Assembly: GCA_965219955.1 (NCBI GenBank)
Contig: OZ244799.1
Location: 2,048,001-2,112,000 of the forward strand
DNA length: 64,000 nt
DNA from: a bacterium
GTDB taxonomy: Bacteria > UBA8248
Direction of reading: 5' to 3'
Shown here: positions 1-8,545 of the stretch, piece by piece
Numbering within the stretch: position 1 is the stretch's first letter
Layout of the letters: every line of letters begins with the position of its first letter
The notes under the pieces: generated by a model
Database searches by the model: none
What the model saw: only the letters and a program-made list of their open reading frames with translations
Told to the model about the DNA's origin: nothing
Position numbers and translations under genes: made by a program

Positions 1-414
1 ACAACCCACACAAACGCATACATGACTCGTTCCGTGCAACTCCACGATCTTGTCCGGGTCATGGCCCGCTTTCTGGTGAAGTCCATCCGTATTTTGCGTC
101 ACCAGCAATTTCAGGTGACCGTGAAGGGACAACTGCGCCAAAGCGAAATGTCCTTTTGAAGGAGTGGCGTTTCGCACCAGATCGTACCCGTCTTGAGCCA
201 CTTCCCAGTAACGCCTTCGTATGTCCTCCGAAGCGAGCCACCGACGAATTTCAAAATCCTTCGGGTCGAACCGATCCCAGATTCCGCCTTTGGACCTGAA
301 ATCGGGAATACCGCTCTCGGTACTTATGCCGGCTCCGGTAAGGCATACGGTAGAGCGAGATTCCAAAACCCATGCCGCCGCTTGCTCGATGAGTTTTCGC
401 TGGGAATCACTCAA
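1..414 (-). CDS. cobB: Sir2-family NAD-dependent deacylase (runs off left edge)
   Basis: Manual translation from TTG at 414: MSDSQRKLIEQAAAWV...TGAGISTESGIPDFRSKGGIW...VTQNTDGLHQKAG...VELHGT; sirtuin motifs GAGIS, PDFR, TQN.DGLH, HG. Not in the ORF track. Confidence 0.92.
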   Translation of the reverse strand, partial: MSDSQRKLIEQAAAWVLESRSTVCLTGAGISTESGIPDFRSKGGIWDRFDPKDFEIRRWLASEDIRRRYWEVAQDGYDLVRNATPSKGHFALAQLSLHGHLKLLVTQNTDGLHQKAGHDPDKIVELHGTSHVCVCVGC

Positions 415-547
415 TCTTCATCCCCGGGTTAAAATATATAATGGCAATAACAACAATGAGATGTGAAAATCAGTCGTCAGTTGATGTATGGTACGTAAGA
501 ATGGAGCGCGTGCAAACAATAAGTGATGACTCGTGAGGGTATGACAA

Positions 548-1816
548 TTGTCTGACACGAAAACGCACTTGTTCAAATTCATATCGCTCTCCATCCTGTT
601 CGCCTTCGGGATAAGCCTTTCCGGCTGCGCTGATTCCCTGCTCCCGAAGGTGAAAGAAAGCTCCGTCAAAATCCTGAAAAACGCCATTGAAGTGGAATTC
701 ACCCAACTGACCCGTGGATTCGACCAACTCGACCAAACAGGCGACCTGGGACTTTGCGCTCCTGTGCTCTTCGGGGTGGCGCGTTATGCCGTTTATCAGG
801 CGGTGGAGGAGAAAAGATCCGCCACCATGGCGCAACTGACCCGGTTCATCATGAGGGCGCGGGCGGCCATCAAGCGCGCGGAAGAGAAGATGCAACAAAA
901 AAAATGTGTCGATACGGATGGCGATGGTCTCACAGACATAGCGGAATTCCGCAAGTACAAAACAAAACCAGACAATCCTGATACAGATGGGGATAAAGTA
1001 TCCGACTCTTTGGAAATCCGCCGGTACCGGACCAATCCGCTCAAAGCGGATACGGACGGCGACCTGCTCGACGATGGGGATGAAATATCACGCGGCCTGA
1101 ATCCCCTCCTCGCCGACAGCGATGGAGACGGATTCATCGACGGCATAGAAATCGCCCACCGCTCGAACGCGCGCGATCCGTGTTCTCAGCCCCTGGATGC
1201 GCAAAATCTCGACCGTATGCGCGAATGCGGGCCGAACCAGATTCACGCCAAACCGGTTCAAGTTCAATCACCGCAACAACGAACTCCGGCGCCCGAGCCA
1301 AAAATAAAACGATTCGCGAGGGAAAAAAGAAGACCCAAGGCCGTAAAGCCAAAAACGAGGCCTTCTCCCAAACCGCCGGCCGCAAGAATCCGAAACATAG
1401 AAAAAGCCAATTTCGAAAAGAAAAAACCGAAATCGGCACTTGACCGCAACGGCTCGCATCCTGCCAAAAAAAACCAGGCGATTCGAACGCGCCAGGCAAA
1501 TGCGGCTATTCCTGCAGCAAAAGAACCTCTAAAAGAAATCACCCATACGAAAAGAAATCATCTCCCCGCGAAGCCGCAGGATACGAATCAACACATCGCG
1601 AAGAAAATGAATACCGAGGGAGTAAAAATAAAATCGAACCCCGGAGAATCACCGAGCCGCGCATCTGTTACGGCTTCTCTCGTGGATAATTCTGAAAAAA
1701 CGGAAAACCCCACTACAGTTCCTTCGAAACCCGTATCTCCAAAGCCAGCGAAGAAAAAAGTGTTTCCTTCTAGACCTGAGAACTTCCCTTCCGCGATTTT
1801 CATGAGGTTGTGGTAG
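548..1816 (+). CDS. Putative lipoprotein with Ca-binding DxDGDG (bacterial TSP3-like) repeats and a basic Pro/Lys-rich tail
   Basis: Lipobox LSGC; four DTDGDG/DSDGDG repeats; low-complexity K/P-rich C-terminus. Confidence 0.7.
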   Translation: MSDTKTHLFKFISLSILFAFGISLSGCADSLLPKVKESSVKILKNAIEVEFTQLTRGFDQLDQTGDLGLCAPVLFGVARYAVYQAVEEKRSATMAQLTRFIMRARAAIKRAEEKMQQKKCVDTDGDGLTDIAEFRKYKTKPDNPDTDGDKVSDSLEIRRYRTNPLKADTDGDLLDDGDEISRGLNPLLADSDGDGFIDGIEIAHRSNARDPCSQPLDAQNLDRMRECGPNQIHAKPVQVQSPQQRTPAPEPKIKRFAREKRRPKAVKPKTRPSPKPPAARIRNIEKANFEKKKPKSALDRNGSHPAKKNQAIRTRQANAAIPAAKEPLKEITHTKRNHLPAKPQDTNQHIAKKMNTEGVKIKSNPGESPSRASVTASLVDNSEKTENPTTVPSKPVSPKPAKKKVFPSRPENFPSAIFMRLW

Positions 1817-1961
1817 AGTCGCTCATGATGCCCTTGGTATACAGATATGCCAGAAACTGTGCGACTATCTGGTAAGGGTGCTTCCGCCTCAAACGCAAAA
1901 TCATCGCGACGCGATTTGAATCGTTTTTCACAGCAGGAAAAGAAGAGAACAGGAGAAAATA

Positions 1962-3653
1962 ATGATAGAGCAGAAAACAGCCCTGAACCGATTTAGCCGG
2001 CGCATCACCCAACCGCCCTCACAGGCCGCCTCACAGGCCATGCTCTACGGCGCGGGGCTGGATGAAATCGACATGAAAAACCCCCAGGTCGGCATCGCCA
2101 GCATGTGGTGGGAGGGAAATTCCTGCAATTTTCACCTCAACCGGCTGGCCGAATACATCAAACAAAGCGTGAACGCCGAAAAGAAAATGGTCGGCCTCAT
2201 TTTCAACACCATCGGCGTGAGCGACGGCATCTCCATGGGAACGGAGGGCATGAAATACTCCTTACAATCCCGGGACCTCATCGCCGATTCGATCGAGACC
2301 GTCGTCGGCGCGCAATGGTATGACGCCCTGGTCACGCTCCCCGGATGCGACAAGAACATGCCCGGCTCCATCATGGCTATGGCACGGCTCAACCGGCCCA
2401 GCCTGATGGTTTACGGCGGCACCATAAGCCCGGGATTCCTCAATGGAGACAAGCTGGACGTGGTTTCCGCCTTCCAGGCCTACGGCGAATATTTCTCGGA
2501 TAAAATTGACGAAGAGCGCTTTCAGTCGGTCATCCGGCATGCCTGCCCGAGCGGCGGCGCCTGCGGGGGGATGTATACGGCGAACACGATGTCCTCATCC
2601 ATCGAAACGCTGGGCATGAGCCTGCCTTACAGTTCATCGAATCCCGCCATGAGCGAGGATAAGAAAAACGAGTGTCTCGATGTGGGAAAAGCCATTTATC
2701 ATCTTCTCGAAAACGACATCAAACCCAGCGACATCATGACGAGAGAAGCATTCGAGAACGCGATCACCATCATCATGGCACTCGGCGGCTCGACAAACGC
2801 CGTCCTCCACTACATCGCCATCGCCAAGGCTGTCGGGATTGAATTCACAATCGACGATTTTCAGGAAATCAGCGACAATACGCCTTACATCGCGGATCTG
2901 AAGCCCAGCGGCAAATTCGTCATGGAAGACCTCCACGACGTGGGCGGCGTGCCAGCCGTTCAAAAACTTCTCTTGAAAGAAGGTCTGCTCCATGGCGATT
3001 GCCTCACCGTCACGGGCAAGACGCTCGGAGAGAACATCGAGGCCTTGCCTGACCTCCATGCCAGCCAGAAAGTTATCGTACCGCTCTCGTCTCCCATCAA
3101 GAAAACGGGACACCTCCAGATCCTCTACGGAAACCTCGCGAGCGAGGGTGCCGTCGCCAAGATCACGGGAAAAGAAGGAGAACGTTTCGAAGGCCCTGCG
3201 CGATGCTTCGATTCCGAGGAAGACGCCCTAAAAGGACTGGAAGAAAACAGGGTTCAAAAGGGAGACGTCGTCATCATCCGCTATGAAGGCCCCAAAGGAG
3301 GCCCCGGGATGCGGGAGATGCTGACGGTTACTTCCGCAATCATGGGGGCCGGCCTCGGGAATGACCTGGCCCTCATCACGGACGGCAGATTCTCGGGTGG
3401 CACGCATGGGTTCGTCGTCGGACACGTTACGCCTGAAGCCCAAAGCGGCGGCCTCCTCGCGCTCATCGAAGACGATGACACCGTTTTGATCGATGCCCAA
3501 AAACGCGTCATGGAACTCAAAGTACCCGAGGAAGAGATAGAGCGGCGGCGGCAAAACTGGAGCGCACCACCGCTTAAGTTCACCAAGGGCACGCTCTACA
3601 AGTACGCCAAGTGCGTATCTTCGGCATCGGAGGGCTGCGTGACGGACGAATAG
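1962..3653 (+). CDS. ilvD: Dihydroxy-acid dehydratase
   Basis: [48 protein letters not shown] motifs. Confidence 0.95.
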   Translation: MIEQKTALNRFSRRITQPPSQAASQAMLYGAGLDEIDMKNPQVGIASMWWEGNSCNFHLNRLAEYIKQSVNAEKKMVGLIFNTIGVSDGISMGTEGMKYSLQSRDLIADSIETVVGAQWYDALVTLPGCDKNMPGSIMAMARLNRPSLMVYGGTISPGFLNGDKLDVVSAFQAYGEYFSDKIDEERFQSVIRHACPSGGACGGMYTANTMSSSIETLGMSLPYSSSNPAMSEDKKNECLDVGKAIYHLLENDIKPSDIMTREAFENAITIIMALGGSTNAVLHYIAIAKAVGIEFTIDDFQEISDNTPYIADLKPSGKFVMEDLHDVGGVPAVQKLLLKEGLLHGDCLTVTGKTLGENIEALPDLHASQKVIVPLSSPIKKTGHLQILYGNLASEGAVAKITGKEGERFEGPARCFDSEEDALKGLEENRVQKGDVVIIRYEGPKGGPGMREMLTVTSAIMGAGLGNDLALITDGRFSGGTHGFVVGHVTPEAQSGGLLALIEDDDTVLIDAQKRVMELKVPEEEIERRRQNWSAPPLKFTKGTLYKYAKCVSSASEGCVTDE

Positions 3654-3665
3654 AGGTTGACCACG

Positions 3666-3702
3666 AAAAAAAGAGGGGAGTCGTTTGCTCCCCTCTTTTT
3701 TG
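3666..3702. terminator. Bidirectional intrinsic terminator between convergent ilvD and the DUF442-like gene
   Basis: AAAAAAAGAGGGGAG-TCGTTTG-CTCCCCTCTTTTTT hairpin with T-runs on both strands. It lies just past the read-through stop at 3719, not near the UGA at 3896. Confidence 0.85.
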
Positions 3703-3718
3703 TGGCTGCGGCGCCAGT

Positions 3719-4183
3719 CTACGATGCGCCGGTTTTCTTTTTACGGTCGGTGTATTCCTTGAAATATCCCGCGATAGAGGAAGCCTCCCAGTCAAAATCA
3801 ATGTCGCGCGCTTTTTGAAGCACTTCGTCTCCGCTCAGGCCTTCTTCTTCGGCCAGATGAACAAGCGAGCAAATCCCGGCTCGCCTCACGCCTTTTCAGT
3901 GAACGTAAACCAGTCCGTCTTTCCTGGCTTCACTGAGTTTTTGGTGGATTTCCGCCGATAACTCATCGCTTATGTTGTCGGCAGTCGCAGGTACATGCAA
4001 GAAGTTCATACCCAGTTCATGCGCCGCCTCTCTCTCCGCATCGGGCGGAAGTTCCGGTTCTTCCTCATCTGCGGAACGAACATTCACCAGGGTTTTTATC
4101 CCTTTATTCGCCAGACTCTCCATATCCTTCCGCCCCGGCTGGCTACCGAACACGAGATTATCCGCCAATTCGATGTAGTCCAT
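3719..4183 (-). CDS. DUF442/PTP-fold (sulfurtransferase/phosphatase-like) protein, probable selenoprotein (UGA 3896-3898 = U96), 154 aa
   Basis: N-terminus GSQP...GIKTLVNVR...E...GMNFLHVP is typical of DUF442. The track ORF stops at VYVH; the frame continues U-KGVRRAGICSLVHLAEEEGLSGDEVLQKARDIDFDW... to TAG at 3719-3721, giving H-U-x4-R in place of H-C-x4-R. Confidence 0.8.
3863..3886 (-). promoter_or_regulatory. Candidate SECIS hairpin
   Basis: UGA+9 nt then AGGCGAGC-CGGGATTT-GCTCGCTT; loop G about 19 nt after UGA. Confidence 0.6.
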
Positions 4184-4206
4184 ACCCTTTTTCCTCGACG
4201 ATAGTT

Positions 4207-5049
4207 TCAGACTCGTTGCACCAGCTCCCGACAGCGAAGCAGGCAGGTTACTTTTTCATCTTCTCCATCACGCTTATAAATTCCAAGCAAATTGTTGAGC
4301 ATTCTCTCCAAGATACGGCGAGGAGGGGTTTCCTGTAAGAACCGCATATCGAAATGATACCCGAGTCCACGCAGAATCGCCGCGCAATCCCCCACGCTCA
4401 GGCGTTTCCCCCTATCGAAGGGGTCCAGAAAAATGGGCTCCTCATCACCTTGGTACTTCACGATAAAATGTCCCGGCATTCCGACTCCGTGAAACGGAAG
4501 TCCCAACCGTGCGCCAAGAATCAAATACAAAGCGGAAAGTGATATTGGAATGCCCCGTCTGCGCTCCAGCACACGATCCATAAAGCTGTTCTGCGCATCA
4601 TAGTAATTGTCCCGTTCGCCATCGAAGCGAAGCTCCCCGTGTAGATATTCGACGACTTCGGTGACAATGGCGTCGGCTTTATTTATACCCACCAAACGTC
4701 CACGCAAATGATTCTCCATCTTCAGCAAATCGTCTTTTTTCGTCTCCATGTTTTCGAGAGGATGGCCGAAAGACGCCAGCAAGAAGCAAGCATCCTCCAG
4801 ATCCACATCTTCAACCGAGGAAAGAGACCAGTCCGAAAAAGCGATTTCGATCTGTCTGTAATGGAACTCCATAAGCGATGACGGCAGCATGACATCGCTT
4901 ACCTCACGATTTTTCAGCATGTGCAGGAGTCTTTTCTGCTCTTTGGTCGAGAATTCCGAAACCTGTCGGTCCAAGGCCGACACCACCCGCGGTGAACCAT
5001 CATCCAACAAGCGGCAAACGGCCTCTAATTGCGAGTCACTCAACGACAA
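4207..5049 (-). CDS. SirB1/transglutaminase-like family protein
   Basis: YYDAQNSFMDRVLERRRGIPISLS..Y, GVGMPGHF, DPF motifs. Confidence 0.85.
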   Translation of the reverse strand: MSLSDSQLEAVCRLLDDGSPRVVSALDRQVSEFSTKEQKRLLHMLKNREVSDVMLPSSLMEFHYRQIEIAFSDWSLSSVEDVDLEDACFLLASFGHPLENMETKKDDLLKMENHLRGRLVGINKADAIVTEVVEYLHGELRFDGERDNYYDAQNSFMDRVLERRRGIPISLSALYLILGARLGLPFHGVGMPGHFIVKYQGDEEPIFLDPFDRGKRLSVGDCAAILRGLGYHFDMRFLQETPPRRILERMLNNLLGIYKRDGEDEKVTCLLRCRELVQRV

Positions 5050-5153
5050 AATGCCACTCCCCGGTTAGTGAGCGTCTTCCCCTATCTCAGCCATTGAAAT
5101 ATGGTATTATCATTCGAACTAATCCACAATCCGCGCTCGCCAGGAGGAATTGC

Positions 5154-6779
5154 ATGTCTACGTATGCCGACGTTGTGGCGGAAGTCCTTCAAGACGCGGG
5201 CATCGAACTCATTTTCGGGGTTCCTGGAAGTTTAAGTTCCGTCGAACTCATCGAAGCAGCGAGAAAGCGCGGCATTCGCTACATCCTCTGCAGCAACGAG
5301 AGCAGCGCGGCCGTGAAGGCGGGAACGTATGGCATCATGACGGGACGACCGGGGGTCGTGAGTACGGGCGTCGGTCCGGGGGCGGCTGCCGTTCTCCATG
5401 GCGTAGCGAACAATTTTCTCGAGCGAGCGCCGTGCCTCATTTTGACCGATCGCTTCTCCGACGAGCAGTTTCGCCGTCAAGGACGGCAAAAACTCGATCA
5501 GGATCGTTTATTTCTTCCAATCACGAAAGGTACGATCAAGCTCGCGAAAGACAACGCTTCGGTAGCCATCAGGCGGGCACTGGCTCTGGCCGTAGAAGGG
5601 AGGCCGGGCCCCGTGCATGTAGACCTCCCCTACGACGTCATGCTGGCAAACGCCGAAGAAAGCGATTTTCCACCCAAGTCAAACCCCAAAAAGTATGTTG
5701 GCCGCACCGGTTCCGCCCACCCGGGCATTACGGCAACTCTCAACGCAGTCTCGGAGTCGAAAAACCCGATAGTCATAGCGGGACTCCAGGTAAACCGCTC
5801 AGGGCGAGAGGCGGAAAAGGAGTTCGTATCTTTCGCCGAGAAACTCGGAGCGCCTGTTCTCGCCGCACCATCAGCGAAGGGCGTCTTGCCGGAACAGCAT
5901 CCCCTCGCCATGGGAACCTTCAGAGGCGCGCCTTCCGAGCGGGAATTGATAGACAAGTCGGACTTATTTCTTTTGGTAGGCTTCGATACGGTGGAAGTAT
6001 TCGCTCCCGGATTTTGGGACTACCCCCAAAAGGTGATCAATCTGGATGAAGTGCCGCATCTCGATGATTTGATTCGGCCGGAAATTGAAGTCGTCGGCCA
6101 CCTTGCCGACATCCTCAGAGAGTTGAGCGCCTCCGTCTCTTCCAGCCATGCCTGGAACACCGAGGAGATGGATTCTTACAAAAAAATGAGGCAATCCGCG
6201 TTGTTCCCTACCGGGGAAGGCTTGATGCCCGGCGCCGTTATCCGAATCGCACGGGAATACCTCCCCGATAACGGCATCATGACCGCGGATGCAGGAAGCC
6301 ACAAAGTCCTGGCCAACGACATCTGGGAGACGCGACGCCCTCTGGGTTACCTGACCTCCAGCGGACTGGGTTCGATGGCCGTTGCCACGCCGGCCGCCAT
6401 GGCCGCCAAATTAACTGAACCAGACACTCCTGTCGTTTGCCTCACCGGGGACGGGGGGTTTCTCATGCGGATTGGCGATATGGAAGTCGCCGTTCGCGAA
6501 AACATCCCCTTCGTCACCGTCGTATTCAACGACCGCTACCTGAACCTGATCAAAATCAAACAGGACAACCGCTCTTTCCCGCGTCTTGGCACCGAGTTCT
6601 GTGATTCCGACTATGCATCCGTGGCGAAAGGACTGGGTTGTGAGGGCGAGAGAGTTTCTACAGAAGAGGAATTGAAAGACGTACTCAAGCGCGCATTCTT
6701 GTCTGCAAAACCCTGGGTCATCGACGCCGTCATCAATCCCGATGGCTATGTAGGCTCAAAAGATGTTCGTGCGGAATAA
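5154..6779 (+). CDS. Thiamine pyrophosphate-binding enzyme (acetolactate synthase-like)
   Basis: IFGVPG, GRPGPVHVDLP, GDGG...FND TPP motif; AGGAGG RBS before ATG 5154. Confidence 0.88.
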   Translation: MSTYADVVAEVLQDAGIELIFGVPGSLSSVELIEAARKRGIRYILCSNESSAAVKAGTYGIMTGRPGVVSTGVGPGAAAVLHGVANNFLERAPCLILTDRFSDEQFRRQGRQKLDQDRLFLPITKGTIKLAKDNASVAIRRALALAVEGRPGPVHVDLPYDVMLANAEESDFPPKSNPKKYVGRTGSAHPGITATLNAVSESKNPIVIAGLQVNRSGREAEKEFVSFAEKLGAPVLAAPSAKGVLPEQHPLAMGTFRGAPSERELIDKSDLFLLVGFDTVEVFAPGFWDYPQKVINLDEVPHLDDLIRPEIEVVGHLADILRELSASVSSSHAWNTEEMDSYKKMRQSALFPTGEGLMPGAVIRIAREYLPDNGIMTADAGSHKVLANDIWETRRPLGYLTSSGLGSMAVATPAAMAAKLTEPDTPVVCLTGDGGFLMRIGDMEVAVRENIPFVTVVFNDRYLNLIKIKQDNRSFPRLGTEFCDSDYASVAKGLGCEGERVSTEEELKDVLKRAFLSAKPWVIDAVINPDGYVGSKDVRAE

Positions 6780-6944
6780 TGAAAATTTTTTGCTTGACAC
6801 AAACCTCTCAACAACGCATGTTATACTCTATCTCGTTCGTATAGCTTAGGGGGATTGTTCATTTCCCTGTGAATCAGAGCCCAGGCAGGGGCTGGGCATG
6901 ATATCCTCGACCTCATGAGGGGTCTCCGCGCGGGAGGATTGTAG

Positions 6945-7151
6945 GTGCCAGAGGGAACAGTCAAGTGGTTTAGCGACAAAAAGGGGTATGGCTTCATTTC
7001 TCGGGAAGATGGTGACGACATCTTCGTTCACTTCTCAGCCATCGTTGCGGATGGATTCAAATCACTGAAAGAAGGTGAAAAGGTCACATTCGAGATCACC
7101 CAAGGTCCCAAAGGGCTTCAGGCGGCGAATGTAACCAAACTGGAAGAATAA
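6945..7151 (+). CDS. Cold-shock protein (CspA family)
   Basis: [32 protein letters not shown]; GGAGG RBS before GTG. Confidence 0.95.
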   Translation: MPEGTVKWFSDKKGYGFISREDGDDIFVHFSAIVADGFKSLKEGEKVTFEITQGPKGLQAANVTKLEE

Positions 7152-7189
7152 CGTTCCTCTCTATCATCGTACCTCTCGACTGGGAAAAG

Positions 7190-8545
7190 CTACGCGCTTT
7201 CTCGAACATACTCTAAAACCGTCTCTGCGGCTTTATCCCCGCTTCGCACCGCTCCTTCTACGGTGGCCGGCAAACCTGTGCGAGTCCAATCTCCAGCAAG
7301 AAAAAAACCCTCAATCGGTGTTCTGGTATCTAACCGGTAATTTTGCTCCGCCACCCCGTTCGCCCAGGTAGCGGCGCGCTCCCGCACCACCAAAATATCT
7401 CGAATACGGTTACGGGGAATCATGCGATTCAAGCAATCCCTCGCAGACGACTCGATGATCGACCGCTTCTCAGATGCGATGGAATCCTCCGCCCCGGCCA
7501 ATAGACATACCAGGTTTTCCGCACATTTCCCGCCAGTTTCAAGTCGAAACAACCAGTCCCACTCCTCACCCACTATTGCCTCAAAAGGAGGCCCCTCATC
7601 CGGTTCTTCAAGCCAGAAATATGCGCTGGCGATAGGCCCGGGGCGTAGTTTTCCCAGATTCGAAAAAAGTGATTGCTGACCGAGTTCGCTGCCTAGCAAT
7701 CTGCCCAAAACGTCGGGTGGCACGGCGGAAATGACTGCGGCTGCGGGTAAAGTCTCTCGCTCCCTTACCATCACACCGTTCATTTTTGAATCATTGACCT
7801 CAAAACCGACTGCGGGTTGCTGAAGCCTCACCTCTCCACCAAGGTGCCGGATGCGTTGGGCCGCTCTGTTCGCCCACAGCGTACCCAATGCCTTCATCGG
7901 CACCCCCAAGGCGGCTCCCTTCGGCCCATCGGCAAAGGCTTCCCGAATCACCGCCTTGAACAATTCCGCACTCCCCAGTTCCAAAGGCAAGTTCAACACC
8001 GCGCGTGCAAACGGCTCCCAAAACCAGCGCACCGCCTCATTCTTCTGGCCAAGGTCCTCCAGCATGTCACTCATGGATTCATCCGGGTTCTCATCGCCCG
8101 ATTTGGAAACAATCTTCGAAAGACCTCTCAAAAGATTTATTTTTTCCAAAAAGCGGGGTCCACGCCATTTGAGCAAGCCTTGAAGTTGCGCAAAAACCCC
8201 TCCTCCCTCTGGAAATGACAACTGCGTCCGTCGGGTCGACCCCGCTTTCCGAATACGGTAGCCCACTTCCAGGGAAGGGGAGAAAAAAATATCATCGGCG
8301 GCGCCCACTCTTTCCAACAATGAGCGCAATGCCGGATTGGCCGCCATGAACAAATGCGGGCCCCAGTCCAACTCCATGTCCGTGGATGAATGCTTGAAAC
8401 TGCGCGCCCGGCCACCGAGAAACTTCCCGGCCTCGAGCACCACAACCTTGACGCCAGATTCGGCGAGGCGCAAAGCGGCGGACAGGCCCGCTGCGCCGGC
8501 TCCGATAATGATGACCGGCCTCTCGGATCCGCCCAGCTCAGACAT
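7190..8545 (-). CDS. hpnE: Hydroxysqualene dehydroxylase HpnE
   Basis: GAGAAGL FAD motif, GGRARSF, LAGDWT.TGLPATVEGAVRSG; directly follows the hpnC/hpnD fusion. Confidence 0.85.
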   Translation of the reverse strand: MSELGGSERPVIIIGAGAAGLSAALRLAESGVKVVVLEAGKFLGGRARSFKHSSTDMELDWGPHLFMAANPALRSLLERVGAADDIFFSPSLEVGYRIRKAGSTRRTQLSFPEGGGVFAQLQGLLKWRGPRFLEKINLLRGLSKIVSKSGDENPDESMSDMLEDLGQKNEAVRWFWEPFARAVLNLPLELGSAELFKAVIREAFADGPKGAALGVPMKALGTLWANRAAQRIRHLGGEVRLQQPAVGFEVNDSKMNGVMVRERETLPAAAVISAVPPDVLGRLLGSELGQQSLFSNLGKLRPGPIASAYFWLEEPDEGPPFEAIVGEEWDWLFRLETGGKCAENLVCLLAGAEDSIASEKRSIIESSARDCLNRMIPRNRIRDILVVRERAATWANGVAEQNYRLDTRTPIEGFFLAGDWTRTGLPATVEGAVRSGDKAAETVLEYVRESA

